Shown here piece after piece: positions 8,287-15,547 of a stretch of 32,000 bases of DNA. The stretch is from Kineococcus radiotolerans SRS30216 = ATCC BAA-149 (GTDB lineage: Bacteria; Actinomycetota; Actinomycetes; Actinomycetales; Kineococcaceae). The DNA is taken from assembly GCF_000017305.1 (NCBI RefSeq), contig NC_009664.2, positions 1,770,001 through 1,802,000 of the forward strand, written 5' to 3'. The position numbers and the translations under genes were made by a program. Under the pieces are notes generated by a model that saw only the letters and a list, made by a program, of their open reading frames with translations, did not search any database and was not told where the DNA came from. How positions within the stretch are numbered: the first letter of the stretch is position 1; each line of letters starts with the position of its first letter.

Positions 8287-9300
8287 ATGACGCAGCGCAC
8301 CGGCCGAGCGGTCCGGATCACCGGACCCGGCACCCTCGAGCTCCTCGACGACGTGGCCGTCCCCGACCCCGGACCGGGCGAGGCCCTGGTCCAGGTCGCC
8401 TACTGCGGCATCTGCGGCTCCGACCGCGAGGTCTTCGCCGGCACCCGCCCCGCGGAGTTCGTGCGCTACCCCGTCGTCCCGGGCCACGAGTGGTCCGGCA
8501 CCGTCGCGGCCGTCGGCGCCGGCGTGCCCGAGGGCATCGTCGGGCGCGGGGTCGTGGGCCAGGGCATCCGCACCGCCGAGGGCACCCCCGCCTCCGTCGC
8601 CGGCGACACCGAGGGCTGGGCGCAGGACTACGAGGAGACCGGCTTCACCCTCCCCGGCGGCTGGGCCACGTGGCTGACGCTGCCCGCCCGCTACCTGCAC
8701 CTGCTGCCCGAGGACGCCGACCTGCGCGCCGCGGCCGGCATCGAGCCCGCCGCCTGCGTCGCCGAGGCCGTCCTGCTCGCCGACGTCACCGTCGGCTCGA
8801 AGGTCGCCGTGGTCGGCGCCGGCACGCTGGGGCTGCTCTGCGTGCAGCTGCTCAAGGGCGCCGGCTGCGAGGTCACCGTCGTGCACCACAACGAGGAGCG
8901 CCGCGAGCTCGCCGCGACCTGCGGGGCCGCGCACTACACCGGCGACGTCACGACGCTGGACGCCACCTTCGACGCCGTGATCGAGGCCGCGGGCGTGCCC
9001 GGCATCGCCCGCACCTCCGTGGGCCTGGCCCGCCGCGGCGGGCGCGTGGTGCTGACCGGCATCCCCGCCACCGACGCCGACGACCTCTCCTCCCTGGAGC
9101 TGGTCTCGCGCAACGTGCACGTCCTGACCGTCTTCGGCGCCCCGACGCGAGCCTGGGCCTACGCCGTGCGGGCCTTCTCCACCGGCGTCCTGGACCCTTC
9201 GCCGCTCATCACCCACGAGTTCGACGTGGCCGACGCGCAGCAGGCCCTCGACGTGCTCTCCGCCCGCACCGGCGCCCTGAAGGTCCTGCTCAAGCCCTGA
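8287..9300 (+). CDS. Zinc-type alcohol dehydrogenase / MDR superfamily oxidoreductase (sorbitol/threonine-DH-like)
   Basis: Track ORF of 337 aa. It carries YCGICGSD, PGHEWSG, the Rossmann motif VAVVGAGTLGLL and a GroES-like N-terminal domain. The substrate is not inferable. Confidence 0.85.
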   Translation: MTQRTGRAVRITGPGTLELLDDVAVPDPGPGEALVQVAYCGICGSDREVFAGTRPAEFVRYPVVPGHEWSGTVAAVGAGVPEGIVGRGVVGQGIRTAEGTPASVAGDTEGWAQDYEETGFTLPGGWATWLTLPARYLHLLPEDADLRAAAGIEPAACVAEAVLLADVTVGSKVAVVGAGTLGLLCVQLLKGAGCEVTVVHHNEERRELAATCGAAHYTGDVTTLDATFDAVIEAAGVPGIARTSVGLARRGGRVVLTGIPATDADDLSSLELVSRNVHVLTVFGAPTRAWAYAVRAFSTGVLDPSPLITHEFDVADAQQALDVLSARTGALKVLLKP

Positions 9301-9403
9301 CCCCGGCGCCCGGGGTCCCCTGGCGGCGCAACGCCCGCGCGCATCCGGGTGGTCGCGGCCGCCGGCGCTCAGGTGCGTCGGCGGCCCGGCCGAGACGCCG
9401 GGG

Positions 9404-12028
9404 GTGACCCCCTCGCGACGCGGCCGCCCGCTCCAGTCGACGCTGCTCGCGCTCGTCCTGGTGCCCGTCGTCGGGCTGGCCGCCGTCGCCGGGGTGGCCG
9501 TGGACGACCGGCTGGAGCGGGCCCGCGACGCCGAGGCCGCGCTCGCCGAGGTGCGCGCCGCGATCGCGCTGGACGAGGTCCGCGACGCCGTCGCCCAGGA
9601 AGTCGTCCCCGTCCTGGCCGCGGCGGCCCTGGCCCGGCCCCGCGGCCCCGCGGCCGCCGGCGCCACCCCCGAGCAGGTCGAGCGCGCCCTCGGCGCCACG
9701 GCGGCGCGGGCCGCGAGCACGGCCGCCACCGACCTCGCGGTGGCCGCCGCCTCCCCCGTCGACGGCGAAGGGGCCCGCACCGCCGCGCGGGCCCTGGCCG
9801 GGGCCCGCACCGCCCCCGACCCCGGCACCGGCTTCGGGCGCTACGACGCCCTGCTGCACGACCTCGGCGGCCACGTCGGGGACCACCTGCGGGCTGCCCG
9901 CACCCTGGGCCTGGAGGGGGAGCTCTCCGCCGCCCTGAACGACCTGCAGCGCGTGTCGCGGGCGCACGCCCTGGCCGGCAAGGAGGTCGCCTCCCACCTC
10001 GCGGTCGCGGCCGGGGCCGGCGCGGTGGACCGCGAGGACTTCCTGCGCGTCTGGGGCGCCTACCACCAGGCCGCCGCCGACGTGCGCGACGCCGACGACG
10101 ACCCCGCCGTGGCGCGAGCCTGGGAGGACGCCGACCGCAGCGCGGCCGCGCTGCGGGTGGACGGGGTCCTGGCCGCGGCCGCGCGCAGCGACGGCGAGCC
10201 CGCGCTGGGCGACGTCGTCGTCCTCGCCACGTCGGTCCCGGAGCGCAACGCCGCCCAGCGCGCGGTGCTCGCCCGGGCCGCCGGCGCGGTCGTGGAGCGG
10301 GCGCAGCGCCAGGCCGACGAGGCCCGGCGCCAGCTCCAGCAGCTGCTGGTGCTGTGCGGGGTGGTCGTGGCCGCGACGCTGACCGGCACCCTCCTCGCGC
10401 GCCGGGCCATCGCCCGCCCCCTGGGCCGCCTCGCCGAGCAGTCGCGCGCCGTGGCGGCCGGGGAGCTCGTCGACGTCGAGGAGAACGGCCCCGCCGAGGT
10501 CCGGGTCGTGGCGCAGGGCCTGGCCGCCGCCGTCGACAGCCTGCGCCGGGTCCAGGCGCAGGCCGACGCCATCGCCGCCGGCGACCTGGACTGCGAGGTC
10601 GTGCGCACCCCCGTCCCCGGGCCGCTCGGGGCGTTCGTGCACGCCTCGGTGACCCAGGTGATCACCGCCTTCCACGAGCGCGAGCGGCTGCAGGCCGACC
10701 TCGCCCACCAGGCCGCCCACGACGCGCTCACCGAGCTGCCCAACCGGGCCCAGACGCTCGTCCTCACCGAGCGCGCCCTGCACCGCGCGGCCCGCCAGCA
10801 CGGCCGGGTCGGCCTGCTGTTCGTGGACCTCGACCACTTCAAGGCCGTCAACGACAGCTTCGGCCACGCCGCCGGGGACGAGCTGCTGCGCGTCGTGGCG
10901 TCCCGGATGCACGAGACCGTGCGCGGCGGGGACGTGGTGTGCCGCCTCGGCGGGGACGAGTTCGTCGTCCTCGTCGAGGGCGTGGAGGACGAGAAGGGCC
11001 TCGTCGACCTCGGTGAGCGGCTCATCCGCGCCGTCAGCGCCCCCGTCGCCCTGACCGGGCTCCCGCAGGCCCAGCACGTGCGGGTGGGGGCCAGCGTCGG
11101 GGTCGCCGTGGGCACCCCCGGCGCCCTGGACGCCGAGCGCCTCGTCCGCGACGCCGACGCGGCCGTGTACCGGGCCAAGAGCGCCGGCCGCGGGGTCGTG
11201 GAGGTCTTCGACGACGAGCTGCGCGCGGAGCTGTCGGCGCGCGCGGAGCTGGAGACCGCCCTGCGCCGCGGCCTCGACGGGGGCGAGCTCGTCCTGCACT
11301 ACCAGCCCGTCCTGGACCTGCAGACCGGGCGCACGAGGAGCGTCGAGGCGCTGGTGCGCTGGCAGCGCCCCGGGCACGGGCTGGTCCCGCCGGACTCCTT
11401 CATCCCGGTCGCGGAGGCGTCCTCGCTGGTGTGCGACCTGGGCCGCTGGGCGCTGGCGGAGGCGACGGCGCAGCTGGTGCGCTGGGACGCCGAGGGCGGG
11501 CACCGGGCCGGCCTGGACGTGGCGGTGAACATCTCCGGCCGCCACCTCGCCCAGGCCCACCTGCTCGACGACGTCACCGACGCGCTGACGGCCAGCGGGA
11601 TCGCGGCCTCGCGCCTCACCGTCGAGATCACCGAGACGGTGCTGGTGGACGAGCCCCTCGCCCTGGAGCACCTGCGCTCGCTGCGCGAGATCGGGGTGCG
11701 GGTCGCGATCGACGACTTCGGCACCGGCTACACCTCGATCGGGCAGCTGTCGCGGCTGCCGGTGGACGTGCTGAAGATCGACCGCAGCTTCGTGTCCTCC
11801 CCCGAGGCGGGCAACGGCGACCTCGTGCGGCTGCTCATCAGCGCCGCCCACAGCTTCTCCCTGGGCGTGGTCGCCGAGGGGGTCGAGGAGGACACCCAGC
11901 TCAGCGCGCTGCTGGCCGCGAGCTGCGACGCCGCCCAGGGGTTCCTCTTCGCCCGCCCGGTCCCGGCGGACGACCTGCCCGCGGCGGCGTTCGCGGTGGA
12001 CGGGGCGGGGCGCGGCGCGCGCTCGTGA
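9404..12028 (+). CDS. Membrane-bound c-di-GMP turnover protein: TM, Ala-rich helical sensor, TM, HAMP, GGDEF, EAL
   Basis: Track ORF of 874 aa starting at GTG. The N-terminal TM is LLALVLVPVVGLAAVAGV and the second TM is LVLCGVVVAATLTGTLLA, followed by a HAMP domain. The GGDEF site is intact (RLGGDEF) and RGGD sits 5 residues upstream (RxxD I-site). EAL motifs are EALVRW, DDFGTGYTS, KIDRSF, AEGVE and QGFLFARP. Confidence 0.92.
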   Translation: MTPSRRGRPLQSTLLALVLVPVVGLAAVAGVAVDDRLERARDAEAALAEVRAAIALDEVRDAVAQEVVPVLAAAALARPRGPAAAGATPEQVERALGATAARAASTAATDLAVAAASPVDGEGARTAARALAGARTAPDPGTGFGRYDALLHDLGGHVGDHLRAARTLGLEGELSAALNDLQRVSRAHALAGKEVASHLAVAAGAGAVDREDFLRVWGAYHQAAADVRDADDDPAVARAWEDADRSAAALRVDGVLAAAARSDGEPALGDVVVLATSVPERNAAQRAVLARAAGAVVERAQRQADEARRQLQQLLVLCGVVVAATLTGTLLARRAIARPLGRLAEQSRAVAAGELVDVEENGPAEVRVVAQGLAAAVDSLRRVQAQADAIAAGDLDCEVVRTPVPGPLGAFVHASVTQVITAFHERERLQADLAHQAAHDALTELPNRAQTLVLTERALHRAARQHGRVGLLFVDLDHFKAVNDSFGHAAGDELLRVVASRMHETVRGGDVVCRLGGDEFVVLVEGVEDEKGLVDLGERLIRAVSAPVALTGLPQAQHVRVGASVGVAVGTPGALDAERLVRDADAAVYRAKSAGRGVVEVFDDELRAELSARAELETALRRGLDGGELVLHYQPVLDLQTGRTRSVEALVRWQRPGHGLVPPDSFIPVAEASSLVCDLGRWALAEATAQLVRWDAEGGHRAGLDVAVNISGRHLAQAHLLDDVTDALTASGIAASRLTVEITETVLVDEPLALEHLRSLREIGVRVAIDDFGTGYTSIGQLSRLPVDVLKIDRSFVSSPEAGNGDLVRLLISAAHSFSLGVVAEGVEEDTQLSALLAASCDAAQGFLFARPVPADDLPAAAFAVDGAGRGARS

Positions 12029-12068
12029 GCGTCCGGTGCGAGGGGCGCGGCGGGCCCGGGAACGGCGA

Positions 12069-12100
12069 GAGGCCCGCCCCGCTGGTGCGGGACGGGCCTC
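12069..12100. terminator. Hairpin between the GGDEF-EAL gene and the 3' end of tRNA-Thr
   Basis: gaggcccg (12069-12076) pairs with cgggcctc (12093-12100). An inner pairing cccg/cggg adds 4 bp. It lies 40 nt after the TGA at 12026-12028 and abuts the tRNA CCA end. Confidence 0.5.
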
Positions 12101-12102
12101 CG

Positions 12103-12179
12103 TGGAGCCGCCTCGGGGAATCGAACCCCGGACCTACGCTTTACGAGAGCGTCGCTCTGGCCGACTGAGCTAAGGCGGC
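12103..12179 (-). tRNA. tRNA-Thr (anticodon CGU), CCA encoded
   Basis: The minus strand reads GCCGCCUUAGCUCAGUCGGCCAGAGCGACGCUCUCGUAAAGCGUAGGUCCGGGGUUCGAUUCCCCGAGGCGGCUCCA. It folds by hand into a full cloverleaf: 7-bp acceptor, 4-bp D stem, anticodon stem ACGCU/AGCGU, loop CU-CGU-AA, and T arm CGGGG-UUCGAUU-CCCCG. Confidence 0.97.
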
Positions 12180-12212
12180 GGACCTGCTGCGCCCTTGCGG
12201 ACACGGTTGGTG

Positions 12213-12241
12213 AGCTTACAGGACACCGCGGCCCTTGTTCA
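12213..12241 (-). promoter_or_regulatory. Candidate sigma-A-type promoter for tRNA-Thr
   Basis: The minus strand reads TGAACA (12241-12236), a 17-nt spacer, then TAAGCT (12218-12213). The -10 fits TANNNT and would give a 5' leader of about 26 nt. Hexamer match only. Confidence 0.3.
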
Positions 12242-12259
12242 CCTCGACCGCGCGCCCGG

Positions 12260-12285
12260 GGGCGGGCCCCGCGCGGGGCCCGCCC
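12260..12285 (-). terminator. Perfect 26-bp GC palindrome downstream of the hydrolase gene
   Basis: gggcgggccccgc|gcggggcccgccc has 13-nt perfectly complementary arms. It begins 10 nt after the TAG at 12295-12297 and sits just upstream of the proposed tRNA promoter. Confidence 0.5.
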
Positions 12286-12294
12286 GGCCCGCCC

Positions 12295-13122
12295 CTACCG
12301 CTGGGGGGCGACCCGCAGCACGAGGTCGCGCACCAGGCCCGCGACCGCCTCGGGGTGGTCCAGCGAGGGCAGGTGGGCGCTGCCGGGCAGCTCCACCCGG
12401 ACGGCCCCGGGGATGCGCTCGAGCAGCTGCGCGGTGCGCGCCCGCAGGAACCCGGCGTCCAGCTCGCCGGTCGCCAGGACCACGGGCAGGTCCAGCTCCC
12501 CCAGCCGGGACCAGGCCTCGACCTCGCCCTCGCCGTGCTCGAAGGCCCGGTGGCGCAGCACGGTGCGGTCCATGTCGAGGAACAGCTCGCGGGCCGCGCC
12601 GCCGACCCGGCCGGGGGCGGCGAGCGGGCCGTCGAGCCACAGCTCGGCGTCCAGCTCGGCCGCCCGGTCGACGTCGCCGGCCTCCAGGGCGGCGTCGATC
12701 GCGGCGTCCAGCTCCACCGTGCGCGGTTCGAGGTCGTCGTCCTCGGGTTCGGGCGCCCCGCTGGCCGCGGAGGCGAGCAGCAGCAGCCCGGCGACCCGCT
12801 CGGGCGCCTCGAGGGCGGCGTCGAGGGCGAGGGCGCCCCCCATGGAGTTCCCGACCAGGACGACGGGACCGGTGGCGACCTCGTCGAGCACCCGGAACAG
12901 GTCGCCGAGGTGGGTGAAGTCGTGCCCGCGCAGCGGGGTGTCCCCGAAGCCCCGGCGGTCGTAGGTCAGGGTCGCGACCCCCTCGGGCAGGGCGGCGTCC
13001 CAGCAGCGGCGGTCCACCACCCCGGCGTGCAGGAACACCACGAGCGGGCCGGGGCCCGGTCGGTGCTCCACGGCCAGGGCGGTGTCCCCGACCACGATCG
13101 ACTGCGTCCGCGTCTGCTCCAT
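12295..13122 (-). CDS. Alpha/beta hydrolase fold protein
   Basis: Last 275 codons of track ORF 12295..14091, starting at ATG 13122. It reads MEQTRTQSIVVGDTALAVEHRPGPGPLVVFLHAG...LVGNSMGG (GxSxG nucleophile)...LPGSAHLPSLDHPE (C-terminal His region). Confidence 0.85.
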   Translation of the reverse strand: MEQTRTQSIVVGDTALAVEHRPGPGPLVVFLHAGVVDRRCWDAALPEGVATLTYDRRGFGDTPLRGHDFTHLGDLFRVLDEVATGPVVLVGNSMGGALALDAALEAPERVAGLLLLASAASGAPEPEDDDLEPRTVELDAAIDAALEAGDVDRAAELDAELWLDGPLAAPGRVGGAARELFLDMDRTVLRHRAFEHGEGEVEAWSRLGELDLPVVLATGELDAGFLRARTAQLLERIPGAVRVELPGSAHLPSLDHPEAVAGLVRDLVLRVAPQR

Positions 13123-13172
13123 CTCCCCACCCTGCCACCTCCGCCGGCGGTGCCCGCGCGGTCCCCGCGGGG

Positions 13173-14120
13173 TCACGCCACGGGCAGGGCCACGGCGCAC
13201 CGGGCGTCCTCGGCGACGAGGTCGGCGTTGATCGAGGCGCCCGCGAGGACCCCGGCGCCGGAGGCGACCGAGACCATGGCGGCGAGGTCGGCGACGTTGC
13301 CGGCGGCCCAGACGCCGGGGACGTCGGTGGCGCCCCCGGGGCCGGTGGCCACGAACTCCCCCAGCGGGTGCGGGGTGAGTTCCCCGCCGAGCTGGGCGAA
13401 GAGGTCGCCGCGGACGCGGAACCGGGGTGCGACGACGAGGGCCTGCACCCCGACGGGGGAACCGTCGAGGTCGACGACGAGGTTCCCGTCGGTGCCGGAG
13501 ACCCCCCGGACCCGGCCCTCCCGGACCTCGACGCCGAGGGCGTCGAACTGCGCGCGGTCCTCGGCGGGGAGCTCGTCCATGCTGTGCCGGAACAGGGTCA
13601 CGTGCGGGGACAGCTGCCGGAACAGCAGGACCTGGTGCAGGCTGTTCGGCCCGCGGCCCAGGACCCCGATCCGCTGCCCGCGGACCTCCCAGCCGTGGCA
13701 GTAGGGGCAGTGCAGGACGCTGCTGCCCCAGAACTCCCGCAGCCCGGGGACGTCGGGGAGCTCGTCGACCAGCCCCGAGGCGAGCAGCAGCCGCCGGGCC
13801 CGGACGGTCGCCCCGCCGAGCAGGACGAGTTCGATGCGGTCCCCGGCGCGGCGGGCCACGACGGCCCGGTCGTCGAGGAACCGGACGCCGTAGTCCTCGG
13901 CCTCGGCGCGGCCGGCGGCGAGGAGGTCCAGCGGCCGGACCCCCTCCCGCCCCAGGACGTTGTGGGCGTGGTCGGAGACGGCGTTGCGGGGTTCGCCGGC
14001 GTCGACGACGACGACGGACCGCAGCGAGCGGGCCAGGGCGATCGCCCCGGCGGTTCCGGCCGCGCCGGCGCCGACGACGACGACGTCGCACTCGAGGTCC
14101 GGGGGGTTCACGGGGTTCAC
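13173..14120 (-). CDS. NAD(P)/FAD-dependent oxidoreductase, thioredoxin-reductase-like, with a CPYC redox pair
   Basis: Last 315 codons of track ORF 13173..14969. FAD motif VVVVGAGAAGTAG, redox pair LHCPYCHGWE, second dinucleotide motif IGVLGRGPNS, and GVWAAGNVAD. GTG 14120 is preceded by GGAGGA with a 6-nt spacer and overlaps the upstream stop (GTGA). Confidence 0.88.
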   Translation of the reverse strand: MNPVNPPDLECDVVVVGAGAAGTAGAIALARSLRSVVVVDAGEPRNAVSDHAHNVLGREGVRPLDLLAAGRAEAEDYGVRFLDDRAVVARRAGDRIELVLLGGATVRARRLLLASGLVDELPDVPGLREFWGSSVLHCPYCHGWEVRGQRIGVLGRGPNSLHQVLLFRQLSPHVTLFRHSMDELPAEDRAQFDALGVEVREGRVRGVSGTDGNLVVDLDGSPVGVQALVVAPRFRVRGDLFAQLGGELTPHPLGEFVATGPGGATDVPGVWAAGNVADLAAMVSVASGAGVLAGASINADLVAEDARCAVALPVA

Positions 14121-14896
14121 GGGAGTTCCTCCTGGTCGGCGGTGGCCACCCAGACGGTCCGGGTGACGCGGGGGGCGAGGTCGGGGACCTCGGGGAGCGG
14201 GTGGTCGGGGACGAGCCCGAGGCCCGCGGCGAACCGGTCGAACCACGCCCGGGCGTAGCGGCGGGCGTCGGGGCCGTCGGGGGCGGTGGTGGTCAGCGAC
14301 GTGCGGGTGACGGTGAGACCCGCCCGCCGCAGGGCGGGGGTCCAGTCGGGGTGGGAGTTCCAGCCCGCGGCGAGCGCCGCGGCGTGGGCACGGTCCTCGA
14401 AGTCCGGTGCGGGCAGGAAGCGCGGCAGCCCGTCGAGCTCGACGACGAGGACGACCCCGCCGGGGGCCAGCGCGGCGCGGGCGCCGGCGAGCAGTTCGGC
14501 GGGCCGGCGCACGTGGTGCAGCGACGAGGACGCCCAGACGAGGTCGACGGCCCCGAGGTCGGGGAAACCCTCGTCGAGGTCGGCGTCGTGGACGTCGAAG
14601 GCCTGCTGCCGCAGGCGTTCCAGCATGTGGGGGTCGTGGTCGACGGCGGTGGTGCGGGCGGTGGGGAACCGGGTGCGCAGCACCCGGGTGCCCGCGCCGG
14701 TGCCGGCGCCGAGGTCCACGACGTGCCGCGGGGGCGCGGCCGGCGGGAGCAGGTCGAGGACCTCGTGGAGCTGGTGGCCGAAGACGAGGGCTTCGAGGTC
14801 CAGCACCTCCTGGTGGCCCATCGCGTGCCCGGGTCGGGAGCGGTGGCCGGGGCCGTGCCCGGAACCGTGGTGGGGACCGTGGTCGTGTCCGTGCAT
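14117..14896 (-). CDS. Class I SAM-dependent methyltransferase with a His-rich N-terminal tail
   Basis: Track ORF 14117..14926, which I trimmed to ATG 14896. SAM motif I is VVDLGAGTGAGT and a later motif is LAPGGVVLVVE. The N-terminus is MHGHDHGPHHGSGHGPGHRSRPGHAMGH. Alternative starts are TTG 14926 and ATG 14821; the latter would remove the tail. Confidence 0.82.
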   Translation of the reverse strand: MHGHDHGPHHGSGHGPGHRSRPGHAMGHQEVLDLEALVFGHQLHEVLDLLPPAAPPRHVVDLGAGTGAGTRVLRTRFPTARTTAVDHDPHMLERLRQQAFDVHDADLDEGFPDLGAVDLVWASSSLHHVRRPAELLAGARAALAPGGVVLVVELDGLPRFLPAPDFEDRAHAAALAAGWNSHPDWTPALRRAGLTVTRTSLTTTAPDGPDARRYARAWFDRFAAGLGLVPDHPLPEVPDLAPRVTRTVWVATADQEELP

Positions 14897-14917
14897 GGTT
14901 CGAGGGTAGGCACGTCC

Positions 14918-14930
14918 TGCGTTCAACGCA
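14918..14930. promoter_or_regulatory. Palindrome TGCGTT-C-AACGCA in the 47-bp divergent region (candidate operator)
   Basis: Perfect 6-1-6 inverted repeat centred in the lower-GC gap between ATG 14896 (minus) and ATG 14944 (plus). Confidence 0.4.
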
Positions 14931-14943
14931 TAGCATCTTGCTC

Positions 14944-15528
14944 ATGGAGCAAGACATCGACGCGATCATCCGTCAGCGCATCCGGGGTCTGCGGCTGGCG
15001 AAGGGCTGGTCGCTGGACGCCCTTGCCGCCCGCTGCTTCATGAGCCCCTCCACGCTCAGCCGCATCGAGACCGGTCACCGGCGCATCGCCCTCGACCAGC
15101 TCGTCCCCCTGGCCCGGGCCCTGGACACCACCCTCGACGACCTCGTCGACTCCGGCGCCGAGGACGACGTCGTCATCCGCCCGCTGGCCGAGCACCGGCC
15201 GGGGGTCACCACCTGGCTGCTGTCGCGGGAGCGCGCGGTCGCCGGGGTCACCGTCGCCAAGACGCGGCTGAGCGCCGACCGGCACGACCACCACCGCACC
15301 GAGGGCGAACCCCGCGTCCACCCCGGGCGGGAGTGGTTCACCGTGCTGTCGGGACGGGCCCACCTCGAACTGGGCGACCGGACGTTCCTCGTGCACCCCG
15401 GCGAGGCCGCGGAATTCGACACGATGACCCCGCACCGGATCACCGCCGACGCCACCGCGGGGGACCTGGAGATCCTGTCCATCTTCGACCGCGACGGGGA
15501 GCGCACCCACCTGCGCACCGGCGACTGA
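14944..15528 (+). CDS. XRE-family HTH transcriptional regulator with C-terminal cupin domain
   Basis: An internal ATG of track ORF 14407..15528. The HTH reads MEQDIDAIIRQRIRGLRLAKGWSLDALAARCFMSPSTLSRIETGHRRI. The cupin reads WFTVLSGRAHLELGDRTFLVHPGEAAEFDTMTPHRI. The upstream part of the track ORF is R/G-rich junk antisense to the methyltransferase. Confidence 0.88.
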   Translation: MEQDIDAIIRQRIRGLRLAKGWSLDALAARCFMSPSTLSRIETGHRRIALDQLVPLARALDTTLDDLVDSGAEDDVVIRPLAEHRPGVTTWLLSRERAVAGVTVAKTRLSADRHDHHRTEGEPRVHPGREWFTVLSGRAHLELGDRTFLVHPGEAAEFDTMTPHRITADATAGDLEILSIFDRDGERTHLRTGD

Positions 15529-15547
15529 CCCCGCCCCGCGGCTCGTC

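Noticed and set aside
8062-11851. Long minus-strand ORFs 8062..9828 (588 aa) and 9290..11851 (853 aa), plus + ORFs 8490..9407 and 9349..11016.
   Set aside because: They are antisense or out of frame relative to the MDR dehydrogenase and the GGDEF-EAL gene. Their composition is dominated by G, A, R, P and D, with no domain motifs.
12029-12300. tRNA-Thr as the attachment site of a genomic island.
   Set aside because: No integrase, excisionase or transposase gene lies on either side. I saw no second copy of the tRNA 3' segment (ggttcgattccccgaggcggc or its complement) elsewhere in the window. Base composition does not change across the tRNA.
12195-15043. ORFs 12195..12917, 12235..13704 and 13427..15043 (+), 12239..13138 (-), and the N-terminal extensions of 12295..14091 and 13173..14969 (-).
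   Set aside because: Only the C-terminal portions of the two 598-aa ORFs have alpha/beta-hydrolase and flavoprotein motifs, and those portions have proper SD/start contexts. The remainder is R/P-rich overlap with the neighbouring genes.
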